64,000 bases of DNA from positions 4,128,001-4,192,000 of the forward strand of contig OZ245842.1 of NCBI GenBank assembly GCA_965228895.1, written 5' to 3'. Within the stretch, counting starts at the first letter, position 1; each line of letters starts with the position of its first letter. Position numbers and translations under genes: made by a program. Below are positions 39,527-50,124 of the stretch, piece by piece. The DNA is from Alphaproteobacteria bacterium. GTDB taxonomy: Bacteria > Pseudomonadota > Alphaproteobacteria > SP197. Below the pieces are notes generated by a model that saw only the letters and a list, made by a program, of their open reading frames with translations, searched no databases and was not told where the DNA came from.

Positions 39527-39663
39527 CGAGATTCCCGCGCCGCCCTTGGACCCACACGCAGTCTATCCGACCGCCATCTAATCGCCATCCTGCAGGGCTA
39601 GTTACTACACGAGCTGCATCTCAGGGAACCAGGTCCCATTGCGTTGGCCACCATCGCTAACGC

Positions 39664-40407
39664 ATGGGCCGCTGTTCTGCGTGGGGTGAGTGCGTGGGTG
39701 TCCGAAGCAAGTGGCGTAACGGAAGAGGTGGGAGAGACCGGCGTCCCAGTTCGTGGCAAAATCGTCCACTGGTACTGACCTGGGCCCTTTTGGCCGTCCT
39801 GATCGCCTCCTGTTCGGACCTGCGCGAAACCGAGCCAGGCCGCACGGCGAGCGAGCAATTGCTGTTCTCAACCGCCATCGAGCGCGTCTTCGACAACCTG
39901 GCGATCCAGATCCCATCGGACAGCAAGGTGTTCGTCGATGCCCGATATGTCCAAGGCACCGACAGCCTGTATCTGGTAGCGACCCTGCGTGATCGTATCC
40001 TGCGGCAAGGCGGCAATCTCGTGACGATCCGAAGCGAGGCCGATCTCGTCTTCGAGCCGCGCGTCGGCGCGCTTTCCATCGATCGCCGGACGACCCTCGT
40101 CGGCATTCCCAGTTTCCCGATTCCGATCCCATTGACCGGCGAGTTCGAGTTTCCCGAACTCGCGCTCTTCAAGGAAGACCGACAGCAGGGCGTCGTAAAA
40201 CTGGCGCTGACCAGCTACGACGCACAAACCGGCGAACTGCGCAGCTCGCTCGCCCCGGCCTATGGGTTCTCGCAAAGCACCGACTGGGTCGTGCTGCTGC
40301 TGTTCGACTGGCACGACAACGACCTCATGCCGTCGCCGCAGAACGACGAGTGGGTCGGCGAAAGTTCCTTCGAGGAAACGATCGCCGACTTTGACGTTAG
40401 TCCTTAG
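39664..40407 (+). CDS. Putative lipoprotein (DUF6655-like); start uncertain
   Basis: Hydrophobic stretch with lipobox-like LIASC, then T.P.RTA.EQLL.STA; stop overlaps the narI stop. Confidence 0.6.
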   Translation: MGRCSAWGECVGVRSKWRNGRGGRDRRPSSWQNRPLVLTWALLAVLIASCSDLRETEPGRTASEQLLFSTAIERVFDNLAIQIPSDSKVFVDARYVQGTDSLYLVATLRDRILRQGGNLVTIRSEADLVFEPRVGALSIDRRTTLVGIPSFPIPIPLTGEFEFPELALFKEDRQQGVVKLALTSYDAQTGELRSSLAPAYGFSQSTDWVVLLLFDWHDNDLMPSPQNDEWVGESSFEETIADFDVSP

Positions 40408-41096
40408 GCCGGGCGCCGGCTGCGCACGATTTGATAGCCGGGCCGCCAGATATAGCGCAGCGGCGCGCTCAACATGTGCACCAGGCGGGTGAACGGGAAG
40501 ACCAGCAGGATTGTCATGCCGACAAACAGGTGCAGCTTGAAGACCCAATGGACGTTCGCCACATAGCTGGCTGCGTCCGCCTGGAACGTGAAGATGCCCT
40601 GGGCCCAGGTCATGAACTTGACCATCTCGTCGCCGTCCAGATGCTGCAGCGACACGAAGATTGTGGCGAGCCCGATCAGAAGCTGCAGGTAGAGCAGCAA
40701 CAGGATTGCGATGTCGCTGAAGCTCGACGTGCGCCGGATGCGCGGATCGAACAAGCGCCGATGGATCAGCATGGCACCGCCGACCAGCATCACCAGGCCG
40801 GCCAGGCCGCCGACGACAATCGCCATCATCTGCTTGAAGCCGTGGCCGATGCCGAGCGCATCGAAGATCTCGATCGGCACCAGGAGGCCGAACAGGTGGC
40901 CGAAAAAGATGACGAGGATGCCAATGTGGAACAGCACGGAGCCCCACATCAACTGGCGCCGCCGCAGCAATTGGCTGGATCCCGACCGCCACGTATAGGG
41001 CTCGCGGTCGTAACGCACGATGGACCCGATGATCAGCACGGTCAGCGCGATATAGGGATAGATCCCGAAGACAAGGGTGTTGAGGGTATCGGTCAT
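40404..41096 (-). CDS. narI: Respiratory nitrate reductase gamma subunit
   Basis: YPY.AL, W...SSQLL, LFH.GIL..FFGH and FPFTRLVH motifs. Confidence 0.96.
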   Translation of the reverse strand: MTDTLNTLVFGIYPYIALTVLIIGSIVRYDREPYTWRSGSSQLLRRRQLMWGSVLFHIGILVIFFGHLFGLLVPIEIFDALGIGHGFKQMMAIVVGGLAGLVMLVGGAMLIHRRLFDPRIRRTSSFSDIAILLLLYLQLLIGLATIFVSLQHLDGDEMVKFMTWAQGIFTFQADAASYVANVHWVFKLHLFVGMTILLVFPFTRLVHMLSAPLRYIWRPGYQIVRSRRPA

Positions 41097-41100
41097 CGCC

Positions 41101-41805
41101 TTACGCTCCTTCCGCCGGATCGGGTGCCGGTCGATTGGCCGCCCTGATGCGTGTTCTCAGCCGGTCGGGGCCGCAACCACCTTCGTCGCCGCCGCCGAAG
41201 GTCACGGCCTCCTCCTCCCAGATACGATCGAGATCCTCGAAGTCGTTGGGATCGTGTTCCGGCTGGGCCATCAGCGCGGCGACCTCGTCGGCCGCGGGTT
41301 TGTGCTTGGCAATGGACTCCAGGGCGCGAAACACACCGGCATAGGCGCACTTGCGTTTGGCCAACCGTTCACCCACCGCGACGATGATGTGGAGCGGCTG
41401 GCGCAGAACCTCCCTGGCGTCGTCGAGCGGCAGCGTGCTCAAGAACTCCAGGAACAGCGGCAGGAAGTCCGGCAGTTCACGCGCGTCGATCGTCAGACCG
41501 CGTTCCTCGTACATCGCCATCAAGTCGACCATGGCCTGGCCGCGGTCGCGGCTCTCGCCATGGACATGCTCGAAGAGATGCAACGAGAGGGTCCGCGTAC
41601 GATCGAACAGCAGGACGTAGCGTTCCTGCATGTCGAGTAGATCGCCACCGGCAAGCTCGTCGATCAGGTCGTTGACCGCGCGGATTTCCCGTCGACCCAA
41701 CAACGCCTCGTCGGCCAGGACCGCTTTCATGTCATCAGCGGCCTCGCAGATCTCGCGCGTCGGATAGGTCAACAGAAGCGACAGCACCTTGAAGGTCTGG
41801 CTCAT
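41101..41805 (-). CDS. narJ: Nitrate reductase molybdenum cofactor assembly chaperone
   Basis: SLHLFEHVHGESRDRGQAMVDL and ELPD.LPLFLEF motifs; start MSQTFK. Confidence 0.95.
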   Translation of the reverse strand: MSQTFKVLSLLLTYPTREICEAADDMKAVLADEALLGRREIRAVNDLIDELAGGDLLDMQERYVLLFDRTRTLSLHLFEHVHGESRDRGQAMVDLMAMYEERGLTIDARELPDFLPLFLEFLSTLPLDDAREVLRQPLHIIVAVGERLAKRKCAYAGVFRALESIAKHKPAADEVAALMAQPEHDPNDFEDLDRIWEEEAVTFGGGDEGGCGPDRLRTRIRAANRPAPDPAEGA

Positions 41806-43346
41806 GACCGGCCTCCCCCGGCAAAGACATCGCTTGGCGTTGTCACGGTCTTCTTCCGTTTGGTGCCGAACAGATCGAAATCCGTCGCGCCGCCGGAACA
41901 ACCGTTGCCGAACGAGAAACCGCAGGAGCCGCGCTCGTCATAGGCGTCTTCGCTGATCTCACGGTGGCTTGACGGGATGACAAAGCGGTCCTCGTAGTTG
42001 GCGATCGCCATGACGTGATACATCTCGTCGATCTGCTGGCCGGTCAGCCCGACCTGCCCGGCAATCGCATTGTCGGTGACGCCGTCGATGGTCTTCGAAC
42101 GCATGTAGCCGCGCATGGCGAGCATACGCTCCAGCGCTTGGATCACCGGCGCTTCCTTGCCGGCGGTCAGCAGATTGGCCAGGTATTTCACCGGGATACG
42201 CAGCGAGCGGACGTCGGGCATCGCGCCGTCGACACCGATCATGCCGGATTCCGCCGCCGACTGAATCGGCGAAAGCGGCGGCACGTACCAGACCATGGGA
42301 AGCGTGCGGTACTCGGGATGCAGCGGAAGGGCGACCTTCCAATCCATCGCCATTTTCCAGACCGGCGAGTGTTTCGCCGCTTCGAGCCAGGCATCCGGCA
42401 CGCCGTCCTTCTTCGCCTGCGCGATGACCTCGGGGTCGTTGGGGTCCAGGAAGACCGAGAGCTGGGCTTCGTAGAGATCTTCCTCGTCGGCGGTCGACGC
42501 CGCTTCTTCGATGCGGTCGGCGTCATAGAGCACGACGCCCAGATAACGGATGCGCCCGACACAGGTCTCCGAACACACCGTCGGCTGGCCCGCTTCGATA
42601 CGCGGGTAACAGAAGATGCATTTCTCCGATTTGCCGGTCGACCAGTTGTAATAGATCTTCTTATAGGGACAGCCGGAGACGCACATGCGCCAGCCCCGGC
42701 ACTTCTCCTGATCGATCAGGACAATGCCGTCCTCCTCGCGCTTGTAGATCGCACCGGACGGACAGGCCGCCACACAGGTCGGGTTCAGGCAGTGCTCGCA
42801 GAGCCTGGGCAGGTACATCATGAAGGTGTTTTCGAACTCGCCGTAGATCTCCTTTTCGACGTCTTCGAAGTTGTAGTCCTTCGACCGCTTCTCGAACTCG
42901 CCGCCCAGGATCTCCTCCCAGTTCGGCCCGCCTTCGATCTTTTCCATCTGCAGGCCGGTGATCAGCGAACGCGGCCTTGCCGTCGGCGAAGCCTCCAGCT
43001 CCGGCGCCGTCTGCAGGTGCTCGTAATCGAAGGTGAAGGGTTCGTAGTAGTCGTCGATTTCCGGCAGGTCCGGGTTGGCGAAGATCTTGGCCAGGATGAA
43101 GGGTTTGGACCCCATCTTCGGCTCGACCTTGCCGTTGCGCTTGCGCTTCCAGCCGCCGTTCCACCGGTCCTGGTTCTCCCATTCGTTGGGATAGCCGGTG
43201 CCGGGTTTGGTCTCGACGTTGTTGAACCACGCGTATTCCATGCCCTCGCGGTTGGTCCACACGTTCTTGCAGGTGACCGAACAGGTGTGACAGCCGATGC
43301 ATTTGTCGAGGTTCAGCACCTTGCCGATTTGTGCGCGGATTTTCAT
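41802..43346 (-). CDS. narH: Respiratory nitrate reductase beta subunit
   Basis: LNLDKCIGCHTCSVTCKN, CEHCLNP.C and CRGWRMC motifs. Confidence 0.97.
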   Translation of the reverse strand: MKIRAQIGKVLNLDKCIGCHTCSVTCKNVWTNREGMEYAWFNNVETKPGTGYPNEWENQDRWNGGWKRKRNGKVEPKMGSKPFILAKIFANPDLPEIDDYYEPFTFDYEHLQTAPELEASPTARPRSLITGLQMEKIEGGPNWEEILGGEFEKRSKDYNFEDVEKEIYGEFENTFMMYLPRLCEHCLNPTCVAACPSGAIYKREEDGIVLIDQEKCRGWRMCVSGCPYKKIYYNWSTGKSEKCIFCYPRIEAGQPTVCSETCVGRIRYLGVVLYDADRIEEAASTADEEDLYEAQLSVFLDPNDPEVIAQAKKDGVPDAWLEAAKHSPVWKMAMDWKVALPLHPEYRTLPMVWYVPPLSPIQSAAESGMIGVDGAMPDVRSLRIPVKYLANLLTAGKEAPVIQALERMLAMRGYMRSKTIDGVTDNAIAGQVGLTGQQIDEMYHVMAIANYEDRFVIPSSHREISEDAYDERGSCGFSFGNGCSGGATDFDLFGTKRKKTVTTPSDVFAGGGRS

Positions 43347-46300
43347 TCGGCTGCCTCCGTCGTCATAAGGGGTTGCGCGTCGCGGGCCGGTTTGTCGAGC
43401 CAGTCGACCTTTTGCATCTTGCGCACGATGACAAACTCGTCGCGGTTCGAACCCACGGTGCCGTAATAGTTGAAGCCATACGCCTGTTGCGCGTAGCCGC
43501 CGATCATGTGAGTCGGCTTGACGATGGCGCGGGTGACGGAGTTATGGATACCGCCCCGTTGACCGGTGGTCTCCGCGCCCGGCACGTTCACGATCTTCTC
43601 TTGCGCGTGATACATGTAGATCGTGCCTTCTTTGATGCGCTGCGACACGACCGCGCGGGCCACCAGCGCACCGTTGGCGTTGTAGGCTTCGACCCAGTCG
43701 TTATCGACGATGCCGGCCTTTTCGGCGTCGACCTCCGAGATCCAGACGATCGGCCCGCCGCGCGACAGCGTCAGCATCAGAAGGTTGTCGGTATAGGTCG
43801 AGTGAATGCCCCACTTCTGGTGCGGCGTGATGAAGTTCAGGATGACCTGCTTGCCGCCGTTCGATTTGGACTCAATCACCGGGCCGATCGACTTGGTGTC
43901 GATGGGCGGGCGGTAGAGACAAAGCGCCTCGCCGAACGCGCGCATCCACAGATGATCCTGGTAGAGTTGCTGACGTCCCGTCAGCGTGCGCCAGGGGATC
44001 AACTCGTGGACGTTCGTGTAGCCCGCGTTGTAGCAGACCTTCTCGGATTCCAGGCCCGACCAGGTCGGCGACGAAATGATCTTGCGCGGCTGCGCCACGA
44101 CATCGTGGAAGCGGATCTTTTCGTCTTCTTTGTGCACCGCCAGGTGCCGGTGCTCGCGCCCGGTGTTCTTCGACAGCGAGTCCCAGGCCTTGACCGCGAC
44201 CTCACCGTTGGTCTCCGGCGCCAGCATCAAGATGACCTCCGACGCATCGATGTCGGTCTCGATACGGGCCATGCCTCTGGTCGGCCCGTCCTCGGTCACC
44301 TCACCGTTCAACTTCTTGAGGTTCTCGACCTCATGGTCGGTGTTCCAGGTGATGCCCTTGCCGCCATTGCCCGCTTTTTCCATCAGTGGACCGAGCGCGG
44401 TGAAGCGTTTGTAGAGGTTGGGATAGTCACGCTCGACGACAGCGATCTGCGGCATGGTCTTGCCGGGAATGGCGTCCGTCTCGCCCTTCTTCCAATCCTT
44501 GACGTCGAGTGCCTGAGCAATCTCGGCCGGCGTATCGTGCAGGATCGGCACGAGAACGACGTCTTTCTCGACACCCAGCACCTCGGGCGCGACATCGGAG
44601 AAGGACTTGGCGATACCCTTGTAAATCTCCCAATCCGAACGCGCTTCCCAGGCCGGATCCGCTGCGCTGGTCAGCGGATGGATGAAGGGATGCATGTCCG
44701 ACGTGTTGAGATCGTTCTTTTCGTACCAGGTCGCGGTCGGCAACACGATGTCGGAATAGAGACAGGTCGTCGACATACGGAAGTCGAGCGTGACCAAGAG
44801 ATCGAGCTTGCCTTCGGGCGCGTCATCGTGCCACGCGACCTCCCCCGGTTTCTGACCGCCGTCCTCGCCCAGATCCTTGCCTTGCACACCGTGGCTGGTG
44901 CCAAGCAGGTGTTTGAGGAAGTACTCGTGTCCCTTGCCCGACGAACCCAACAGGTTCGAACGCCAGACAAACAGATTGCGCGGCCAGTTGGCCGGGTCAT
45001 CCGGGTCCTCGCATGACATCTTGAGGCCACCGGTCTTCAGGCCTTCGGTCACGTATTCCTTGGCCTCGACACCGGCCTCGGTGAAGGCACGCCCGACCTC
45101 CAGCGGGTTGGTCTGGAGCTGCGGTGCGGATGGCAGCCAGCCCATGCGTTCGGCGCGCACGTTATAGTCGATCAGCGAACCGTCCCACGGTCCCGCGGGC
45201 GCGGTCGGCGAGATGATCTCATCGATCGACAACGTCTCGTAACGCCACTGATCGGTATGGGCATACCAGAACGAGGTCGAGTTCATGTGGCGCGGCGGCC
45301 GTCCCCAATCCAGGGCAAACGCCAGGGGCAGCCAGCCAGTCTGGGGTCTAAGCTTTTCCTGCCCAACATAATGCGACCAGCCGCCGCCCGACTGCCCGAC
45401 GCAGCCGCACATGACCAGGAGATTGATGATCCCCCGGTAATTCATGTCCATGTGGTACCAGTGGTTCAGACCGGCGCCCAAGATCACCATCGACTTGCCG
45501 CGCGTCTTCTCCGCGTTGGCGGCGAACTCGCGCGCGACGGTGATGATGTGGCTGGCCGGCACGCCGGTGATGGTCTCGGCCCAGGCCGGCGTATAGGGCA
45601 CGTTCTCGTCGAAGCTTGATGCCACATGGTCGCCGCCCAGACCGCGGTCGAGACCGTAGTTGGCGACGAACAGGTCGAAGACGGTCGCGACAAGCGCCTC
45701 GCCATCGGCCAGCTTGACGGTCTTCGCCGGCACGCGACGCACCAGGATGTCGGGATGGTCGGTGCCTTCGAAGTGATCGTGCTGACGGTTGCCGAAATAG
45801 GGGAACGCGACCTCGGCGATTTCGTCGTGCACGTCGTCCAGGATGAAGCTCATCTCGAGTTCGACATCGCGGCCCCGGCCGTCCTTGGCCTCCAGGTTCC
45901 ACTTGCCTTCGTCGCCCCACCGGTGGCCGACGGAGCCGAGCGGCGCCACGACCTCGCCCGACAGGCGGTCGACGGCGACGGTCTTCCATTCGGGGTTGTT
46001 GCTCTCGCCCAGGCCGTCGGCAAAGTCGGAGGCGCGGACCAGACGCTCGGGCACCAGGTGCCCATCCTTTTCGACCAGACGCACCAGCATCGGCATGTCG
46101 GTATAGCGACGGCCGTAGTCCTCGAAGTACTCGGCTTGGCGATCCAGATGGAACTCGCGCAGGATGACGTGGCCCATGGCCATGGCGAGCGCGGAGTCCG
46201 TGCCCTGCTTGGGATGCAGCCAGAGGTCGGAGAACTTGGCGGCTTCGCTGTAGTCGGGCGAAACGACGACCGACTTGGCGCCCTTGTAGCGAACTTCCGT

Positions 46301-47104
46301 GTAGAAATGGGCATCGGGCGTGCGCGTCTGCGGCACGTTCGAACCCCACAGGATCAGGAAACCGGAGTTGTACCAGTCGGCGGATTCCGGCACGTCCGTC
46401 TGCTCGCCCCAGGTTTGCGGCGAGGCCGGCGGCAGGTCGCAGTACCAGTCGTAGAACGACATGCAGACGCCGCCCAGAAGCGACAGGTAACGCGAGCCCG
46501 CCGCATAGGAAACCATGGACATGGCGGGGATCGGCGAAAAGCCGATGACCCGGTCGGGACCATAGGTCTTCGCCGTATAGGCATTGGCCGAGGCGATGAT
46601 CTCGTTGATCTCGTCCCAGCCGGCACGGACAAAACCGCCCAGGCCGCGCTTTTTGACGTACGACGCGCGCGTCTCCGGCGTCTCGACGACCGACGCCCAA
46701 GCGGCGACCGGTGTCATGGTTGCGCGTGCCGCCCGCCACGCCTTTAGGAGCCGCGAGCGGATCAACGGATGCTTCAGCCGATTGCCGGAGTACATGTACC
46801 AGCTGTAGCTGGCGCCGCGCGAACAGCCACGCGGTTCGTGGTTCGGCAGATCAGGCCGGGTACGCGGATAGTCGGTGTGCTGGGTCTCCCAGGTGACGAT
46901 CCCGCCCTTGACATAGATCTTCCAGGAACACGAACCCGTGCAGTTGGCGCCGTGGGTCGACCGCACGACCTTGTCGTGCTGCCACCGCTTGCGGTAGCCG
47001 TCTTCCCACCCCCGATCTTCCGATGTCACGACACCATGGCCGCCGGCGAATTCGCCGATGTTCTTGGTCCGGAAGAAGTTGAGCCGATCAAGCAGCTGGC
47101 TCAT
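43343..47104 (-). CDS. narG: Respiratory nitrate reductase alpha subunit
   Basis: RSTHG.NCTGSCSW, PRGCSRGASYSWY and SFYDWYCDLP motifs; start MSQLLDRL overlaps the narK stop. Confidence 0.97.
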   Translation of the reverse strand: MSQLLDRLNFFRTKNIGEFAGGHGVVTSEDRGWEDGYRKRWQHDKVVRSTHGANCTGSCSWKIYVKGGIVTWETQHTDYPRTRPDLPNHEPRGCSRGASYSWYMYSGNRLKHPLIRSRLLKAWRAARATMTPVAAWASVVETPETRASYVKKRGLGGFVRAGWDEINEIIASANAYTAKTYGPDRVIGFSPIPAMSMVSYAAGSRYLSLLGGVCMSFYDWYCDLPPASPQTWGEQTDVPESADWYNSGFLILWGSNVPQTRTPDAHFYTEVRYKGAKSVVVSPDYSEAAKFSDLWLHPKQGTDSALAMAMGHVILREFHLDRQAEYFEDYGRRYTDMPMLVRLVEKDGHLVPERLVRASDFADGLGESNNPEWKTVAVDRLSGEVVAPLGSVGHRWGDEGKWNLEAKDGRGRDVELEMSFILDDVHDEIAEVAFPYFGNRQHDHFEGTDHPDILVRRVPAKTVKLADGEALVATVFDLFVANYGLDRGLGGDHVASSFDENVPYTPAWAETITGVPASHIITVAREFAANAEKTRGKSMVILGAGLNHWYHMDMNYRGIINLLVMCGCVGQSGGGWSHYVGQEKLRPQTGWLPLAFALDWGRPPRHMNSTSFWYAHTDQWRYETLSIDEIISPTAPAGPWDGSLIDYNVRAERMGWLPSAPQLQTNPLEVGRAFTEAGVEAKEYVTEGLKTGGLKMSCEDPDDPANWPRNLFVWRSNLLGSSGKGHEYFLKHLLGTSHGVQGKDLGEDGGQKPGEVAWHDDAPEGKLDLLVTLDFRMSTTCLYSDIVLPTATWYEKNDLNTSDMHPFIHPLTSAADPAWEARSDWEIYKGIAKSFSDVAPEVLGVEKDVVLVPILHDTPAEIAQALDVKDWKKGETDAIPGKTMPQIAVVERDYPNLYKRFTALGPLMEKAGNGGKGITWNTDHEVENLKKLNGEVTEDGPTRGMARIETDIDASEVILMLAPETNGEVAVKAWDSLSKNTGREHRHLAVHKEDEKIRFHDVVAQPRKIISSPTWSGLESEKVCYNAGYTNVHELIPWRTLTGRQQLYQDHLWMRAFGEALCLYRPPIDTKSIGPVIESKSNGGKQVILNFITPHQKWGIHSTYTDNLLMLTLSRGGPIVWISEVDAEKAGIVDNDWVEAYNANGALVARAVVSQRIKEGTIYMYHAQEKIVNVPGAETTGQRGGIHNSVTRAIVKPTHMIGGYAQQAYGFNYYGTVGSNRDEFVIVRKMQKVDWLDKPARDAQPLMTTEAAE

Positions 47105-49863
47105 GCCGCGCCTCCTTTCTGCGCGGCCGCCGTACCGGCCGCATCCGCCGTTGTCCGTCCGCGTTCGATGTCGTGGAGCACACCGCCACGGCGGGTGTAG
47201 ACCCACCAGGTCGTCAACGCGCAGGTGACGTAGAAGATCATGAAACCCCACAGCGCCGCTGACGGACCGCCGGTCAGCACGATCGACGTGCCGTAGGATT
47301 TCGGGATCGCGAAGGCGCCATAGGCGGCAATAGCAGACGTGAAGCCGATGATGGCCGCCGACTCCTTGCCGCTCTGCAAAACTTGCTCATTCGGCGTGAG
47401 TCCCGGCATCAAGCGACCGATTTCGCTTCGCATGATCACCGGGATCATCTGGAAGGTCGACGCGTTGCCGATACCCGTCGCAAAGAACAGGATCATGAAC
47501 ATCGCGAAGAAGCCCCAGAACGCGCCCGGCTGGTCCTTGATCGACAGGAAGTAGAGCACGCCGCCGACGGCCGCGATCATCAAGACGAAGGTCCAGAAGG
47601 TCACGCGTCCACCGCCGAAGCGATCGGAGACCCAACCGGTCGCGGCCCGTGACAACGCGCCGATCAGGGGGCCTAAAAACACATACTGCAACGAGTTGAC
47701 GTCCGGGAACTGGGTCTTGGCCAGAAGCGGGAAACCCGCCGAGAAGCCGATAAACGAACCGAAGGTTCCGGTATAGAGCCAGCACATGATCCAGTTGTGC
47801 TTGCGGCTGAAGATGATCGACTGCTCCTTAAACGACGCTTTCGCAGACGAGAGGTCGTTCATGCCGAACCATGCGGCAGCCGTGGAGATAATCAGGAACG
47901 GCACCCAGATGAAGCCGGCGTTCTGCATCCAAAGCTTCGTGCCTTCACTGGTTTCCTGAGGTTCGCCACCCATGAAGCCGAACACGCCGGCGGTGATGAC
48001 AAGCGGTGTCACGAACTGCATGACACTGACGCCTGCGTTGCCCAGGCCGGCATTGACCGCCAGTGCTTGGCCCTTCTCCTTCTTCGGGAAGAAGAAGCTG
48101 ATATTGGCCATGGACGAGGCGAAGTTGCCGCCGCCCAGACCGCTCAGCAGCGCCAGAACCAGGAAGATCAGATAGGGCGTGTCGGGATTCTGCACCGCAT
48201 AGCCGATGCCGAAGGCGGGCAGCAGCAACGATGCCGTGGTCATGGTTGTCCATAACCTGCCGCCGAAGATCGGCACCATGAACGAATAGAAGATACGCAG
48301 CGTGGCGCCGGACAAGCCCGGCAGGGCCGCCAGCCAGAAAAGCTCATCGGTCGTGTAGTCGAACCCGATCGATGGCAGCTTCGCGACGACGACACTCCAG
48401 ACCAGCCAGACCGAGAACGCCAGCAACAGACAGGGCACCGAAATCCAAAGGTTCCGGCTGGCGATCTTGCGCCCCTTCTCTTCCCAGAACTGCTCGTCGT
48501 CGGGACGCCAATCGTCGATCGAATGGCTCTTCTTGATGACCTCGGCCTGTTCCTTGCCATGGATCGGCTGCATCTCCGGCAGCTCGGGCAGCGCGCCGAG
48601 CTCTTCCTTGAGCGCGGCCTGCTCCATGCGCCTGACGGCGAAGTGCATCCACACCAACGCAACGGCGACGATGCCGAAGAGCAGCATGAAGCTGCTTGTC
48701 CAGACACCCGTCAGGTCATTCATGACGCCGAAGGAGATCGGCAGCACGAAACCGCCCAAACCGCCGATCATGCCGACCAGACCGCCGACCGCGCCGACAT
48801 GGGTCGGGTAATAGACGGGGATGTGTTTGTAGACCGCGGCCTTGCCGAGCGACATGAAGAAACCAAGGATGAAGATCAGCACAACAAAGGGGACCAAGCC
48901 CATGCTGGTGGTGAAAATGATCGGACCTTCAATGCCCTGAATGATGTACTGGGTGTTGGGATAGGACAGCATGAACGTGCATATCGCCGACACGCCGAAG
49001 GTCCAGTACATGACCTTGCGCGCGCCATAACGGTCGGAGAGGTAACCGCCATAGGCGCGGAACAGGCTGGCCGGCACCGCATAGAACGCGGCCAGGATAC
49101 CGGCCGTCTCGATGCTGAGCCCGTAGACGCCAATCAGATAGCGCGGCAGCCACAGGGCCAGCGCGACGAATGCGCCGAAGACAAAGAAATAGTAGAGCGA
49201 GAAACGCCACACCTGAATGTTGCGCAGCGGCGCGAGCTCCATCAGCGTGCTGCGCGCCTTTTCGCCGCGGGCACGGCGTGCGACCGTGGCCGGATCGTCT
49301 TTGGTCAGCAGATAGAAACCGATGGCGACGATCAGCAGAACGACCGCATAGATCTGCGCCGTCTGTGCCCAGCCGAACGCCACCAGCAGGAACGGCGCGC
49401 CGAAGTTGGTCACGGCAGCACCGACGTTACCGACACCGAAGATGCCGAGCGCGGTGCCCTGCTTCTCACGCGGATACCAGCGCGAGATGTAGGCGATACC
49501 GACGGCAAACGAACCGCCGGCCAAGCCGACGCCCAATGCGGCGACCAGGAACATGACATAGGTCTCGACGGTCGAAAGCAGATAGGTCGCGATCGCCGCG
49601 AAGATCATGACCAGCGTGTAGACCAGGCGACCGCCATACTGGTCGGTCCAGATGCCCAGGAAGATTCGGCTGACGGAGCCGGTAAGGATCGGTGTGGCCA
49701 CCAGCAAGCCAAATTCCGTATCGCTGAGGCCAAGATCGGCTTTGATCTTGACGCCGATGATCGAAAAAATCGTCCACGCTGCGAAACATACGGCGAAAGC
49801 GAATGTGCTTAAGCCGAGGACGTTGGTTTGCTGGCTCTTCGTAACACCGTCCAGATGGTCCAT
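47101..49863 (-). CDS. narK: Fused NarK1-NarK2 nitrate/nitrite transporter
   Basis: Two tandem MFS NNP domains (GLAGGSF...; RNLWIS, GGGNFASSM). Confidence 0.92.
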   Translation of the reverse strand: MDHLDGVTKSQQTNVLGLSTFAFAVCFAAWTIFSIIGVKIKADLGLSDTEFGLLVATPILTGSVSRIFLGIWTDQYGGRLVYTLVMIFAAIATYLLSTVETYVMFLVAALGVGLAGGSFAVGIAYISRWYPREKQGTALGIFGVGNVGAAVTNFGAPFLLVAFGWAQTAQIYAVVLLIVAIGFYLLTKDDPATVARRARGEKARSTLMELAPLRNIQVWRFSLYYFFVFGAFVALALWLPRYLIGVYGLSIETAGILAAFYAVPASLFRAYGGYLSDRYGARKVMYWTFGVSAICTFMLSYPNTQYIIQGIEGPIIFTTSMGLVPFVVLIFILGFFMSLGKAAVYKHIPVYYPTHVGAVGGLVGMIGGLGGFVLPISFGVMNDLTGVWTSSFMLLFGIVAVALVWMHFAVRRMEQAALKEELGALPELPEMQPIHGKEQAEVIKKSHSIDDWRPDDEQFWEEKGRKIASRNLWISVPCLLLAFSVWLVWSVVVAKLPSIGFDYTTDELFWLAALPGLSGATLRIFYSFMVPIFGGRLWTTMTTASLLLPAFGIGYAVQNPDTPYLIFLVLALLSGLGGGNFASSMANISFFFPKKEKGQALAVNAGLGNAGVSVMQFVTPLVITAGVFGFMGGEPQETSEGTKLWMQNAGFIWVPFLIISTAAAWFGMNDLSSAKASFKEQSIIFSRKHNWIMCWLYTGTFGSFIGFSAGFPLLAKTQFPDVNSLQYVFLGPLIGALSRAATGWVSDRFGGGRVTFWTFVLMIAAVGGVLYFLSIKDQPGAFWGFFAMFMILFFATGIGNASTFQMIPVIMRSEIGRLMPGLTPNEQVLQSGKESAAIIGFTSAIAAYGAFAIPKSYGTSIVLTGGPSAALWGFMIFYVTCALTTWWVYTRRGGVLHDIERGRTTADAAGTAAAQKGGAA

Positions 49864-49951
49864 GACCGATCTCCCCCTACTCACATGCGTGACGTCGACG
49901 ACTCAGGCTGACGTCACAGGAGAACCATCGGCGCGTGCGGGACACCCCCAC

Positions 49952-49965
49952 TTGACCCAGATCAA
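49952..49965. promoter_or_regulatory. FNR/DNR box upstream of narK
   Basis: TTGAC-CCAG-ATCAA. Confidence 0.8.
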
Positions 49966-50067
49966 TGGTGCGGGAACGGGATGCTGAAATAAGGCTGGGC
50001 GGCACGAACTTCGTTCCAGCACTTGATCGACACAGGGGCGCCACGGTCGGATGGCCGGTCAAGCATC

Positions 50068-50103
50068 TTGATTGTGATCAACGGTTGGCTTGATAATCAT
50101 CAA
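50068..50103. promoter_or_regulatory. Two tandem perfect FNR boxes upstream of the Crp/Fnr regulator
   Basis: TTGAT-TGTG-ATCAA (50068-50081) and TTGAT-AATC-ATCAA (50090-50103). Confidence 0.85.
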
Positions 50104-50124
50104 GAGGCATTTGGGGGAGGCACG

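Noticed and set aside
42015-46747. Long antisense and alternate-frame ORFs (483, 561, 463 and 373 aa) over narGH, and similar ones elsewhere
   Set aside because: They are shadow ORFs expected in high-GC coding DNA, with no recognisable motifs, and they overlap well-supported genes.
47105-47251. N-terminal extensions in ORF calls (narG, also araC, liuB, ALDH, proV, doeB)
   Set aside because: They overlap neighbouring genes. Downstream starts with an RBS or stop/start coupling fit the family N-termini better.
47101-49863. Double-length NarK as a novel fusion
   Set aside because: NarK1-NarK2 fusions upstream of narGHJI are established, for example in Paracoccus.
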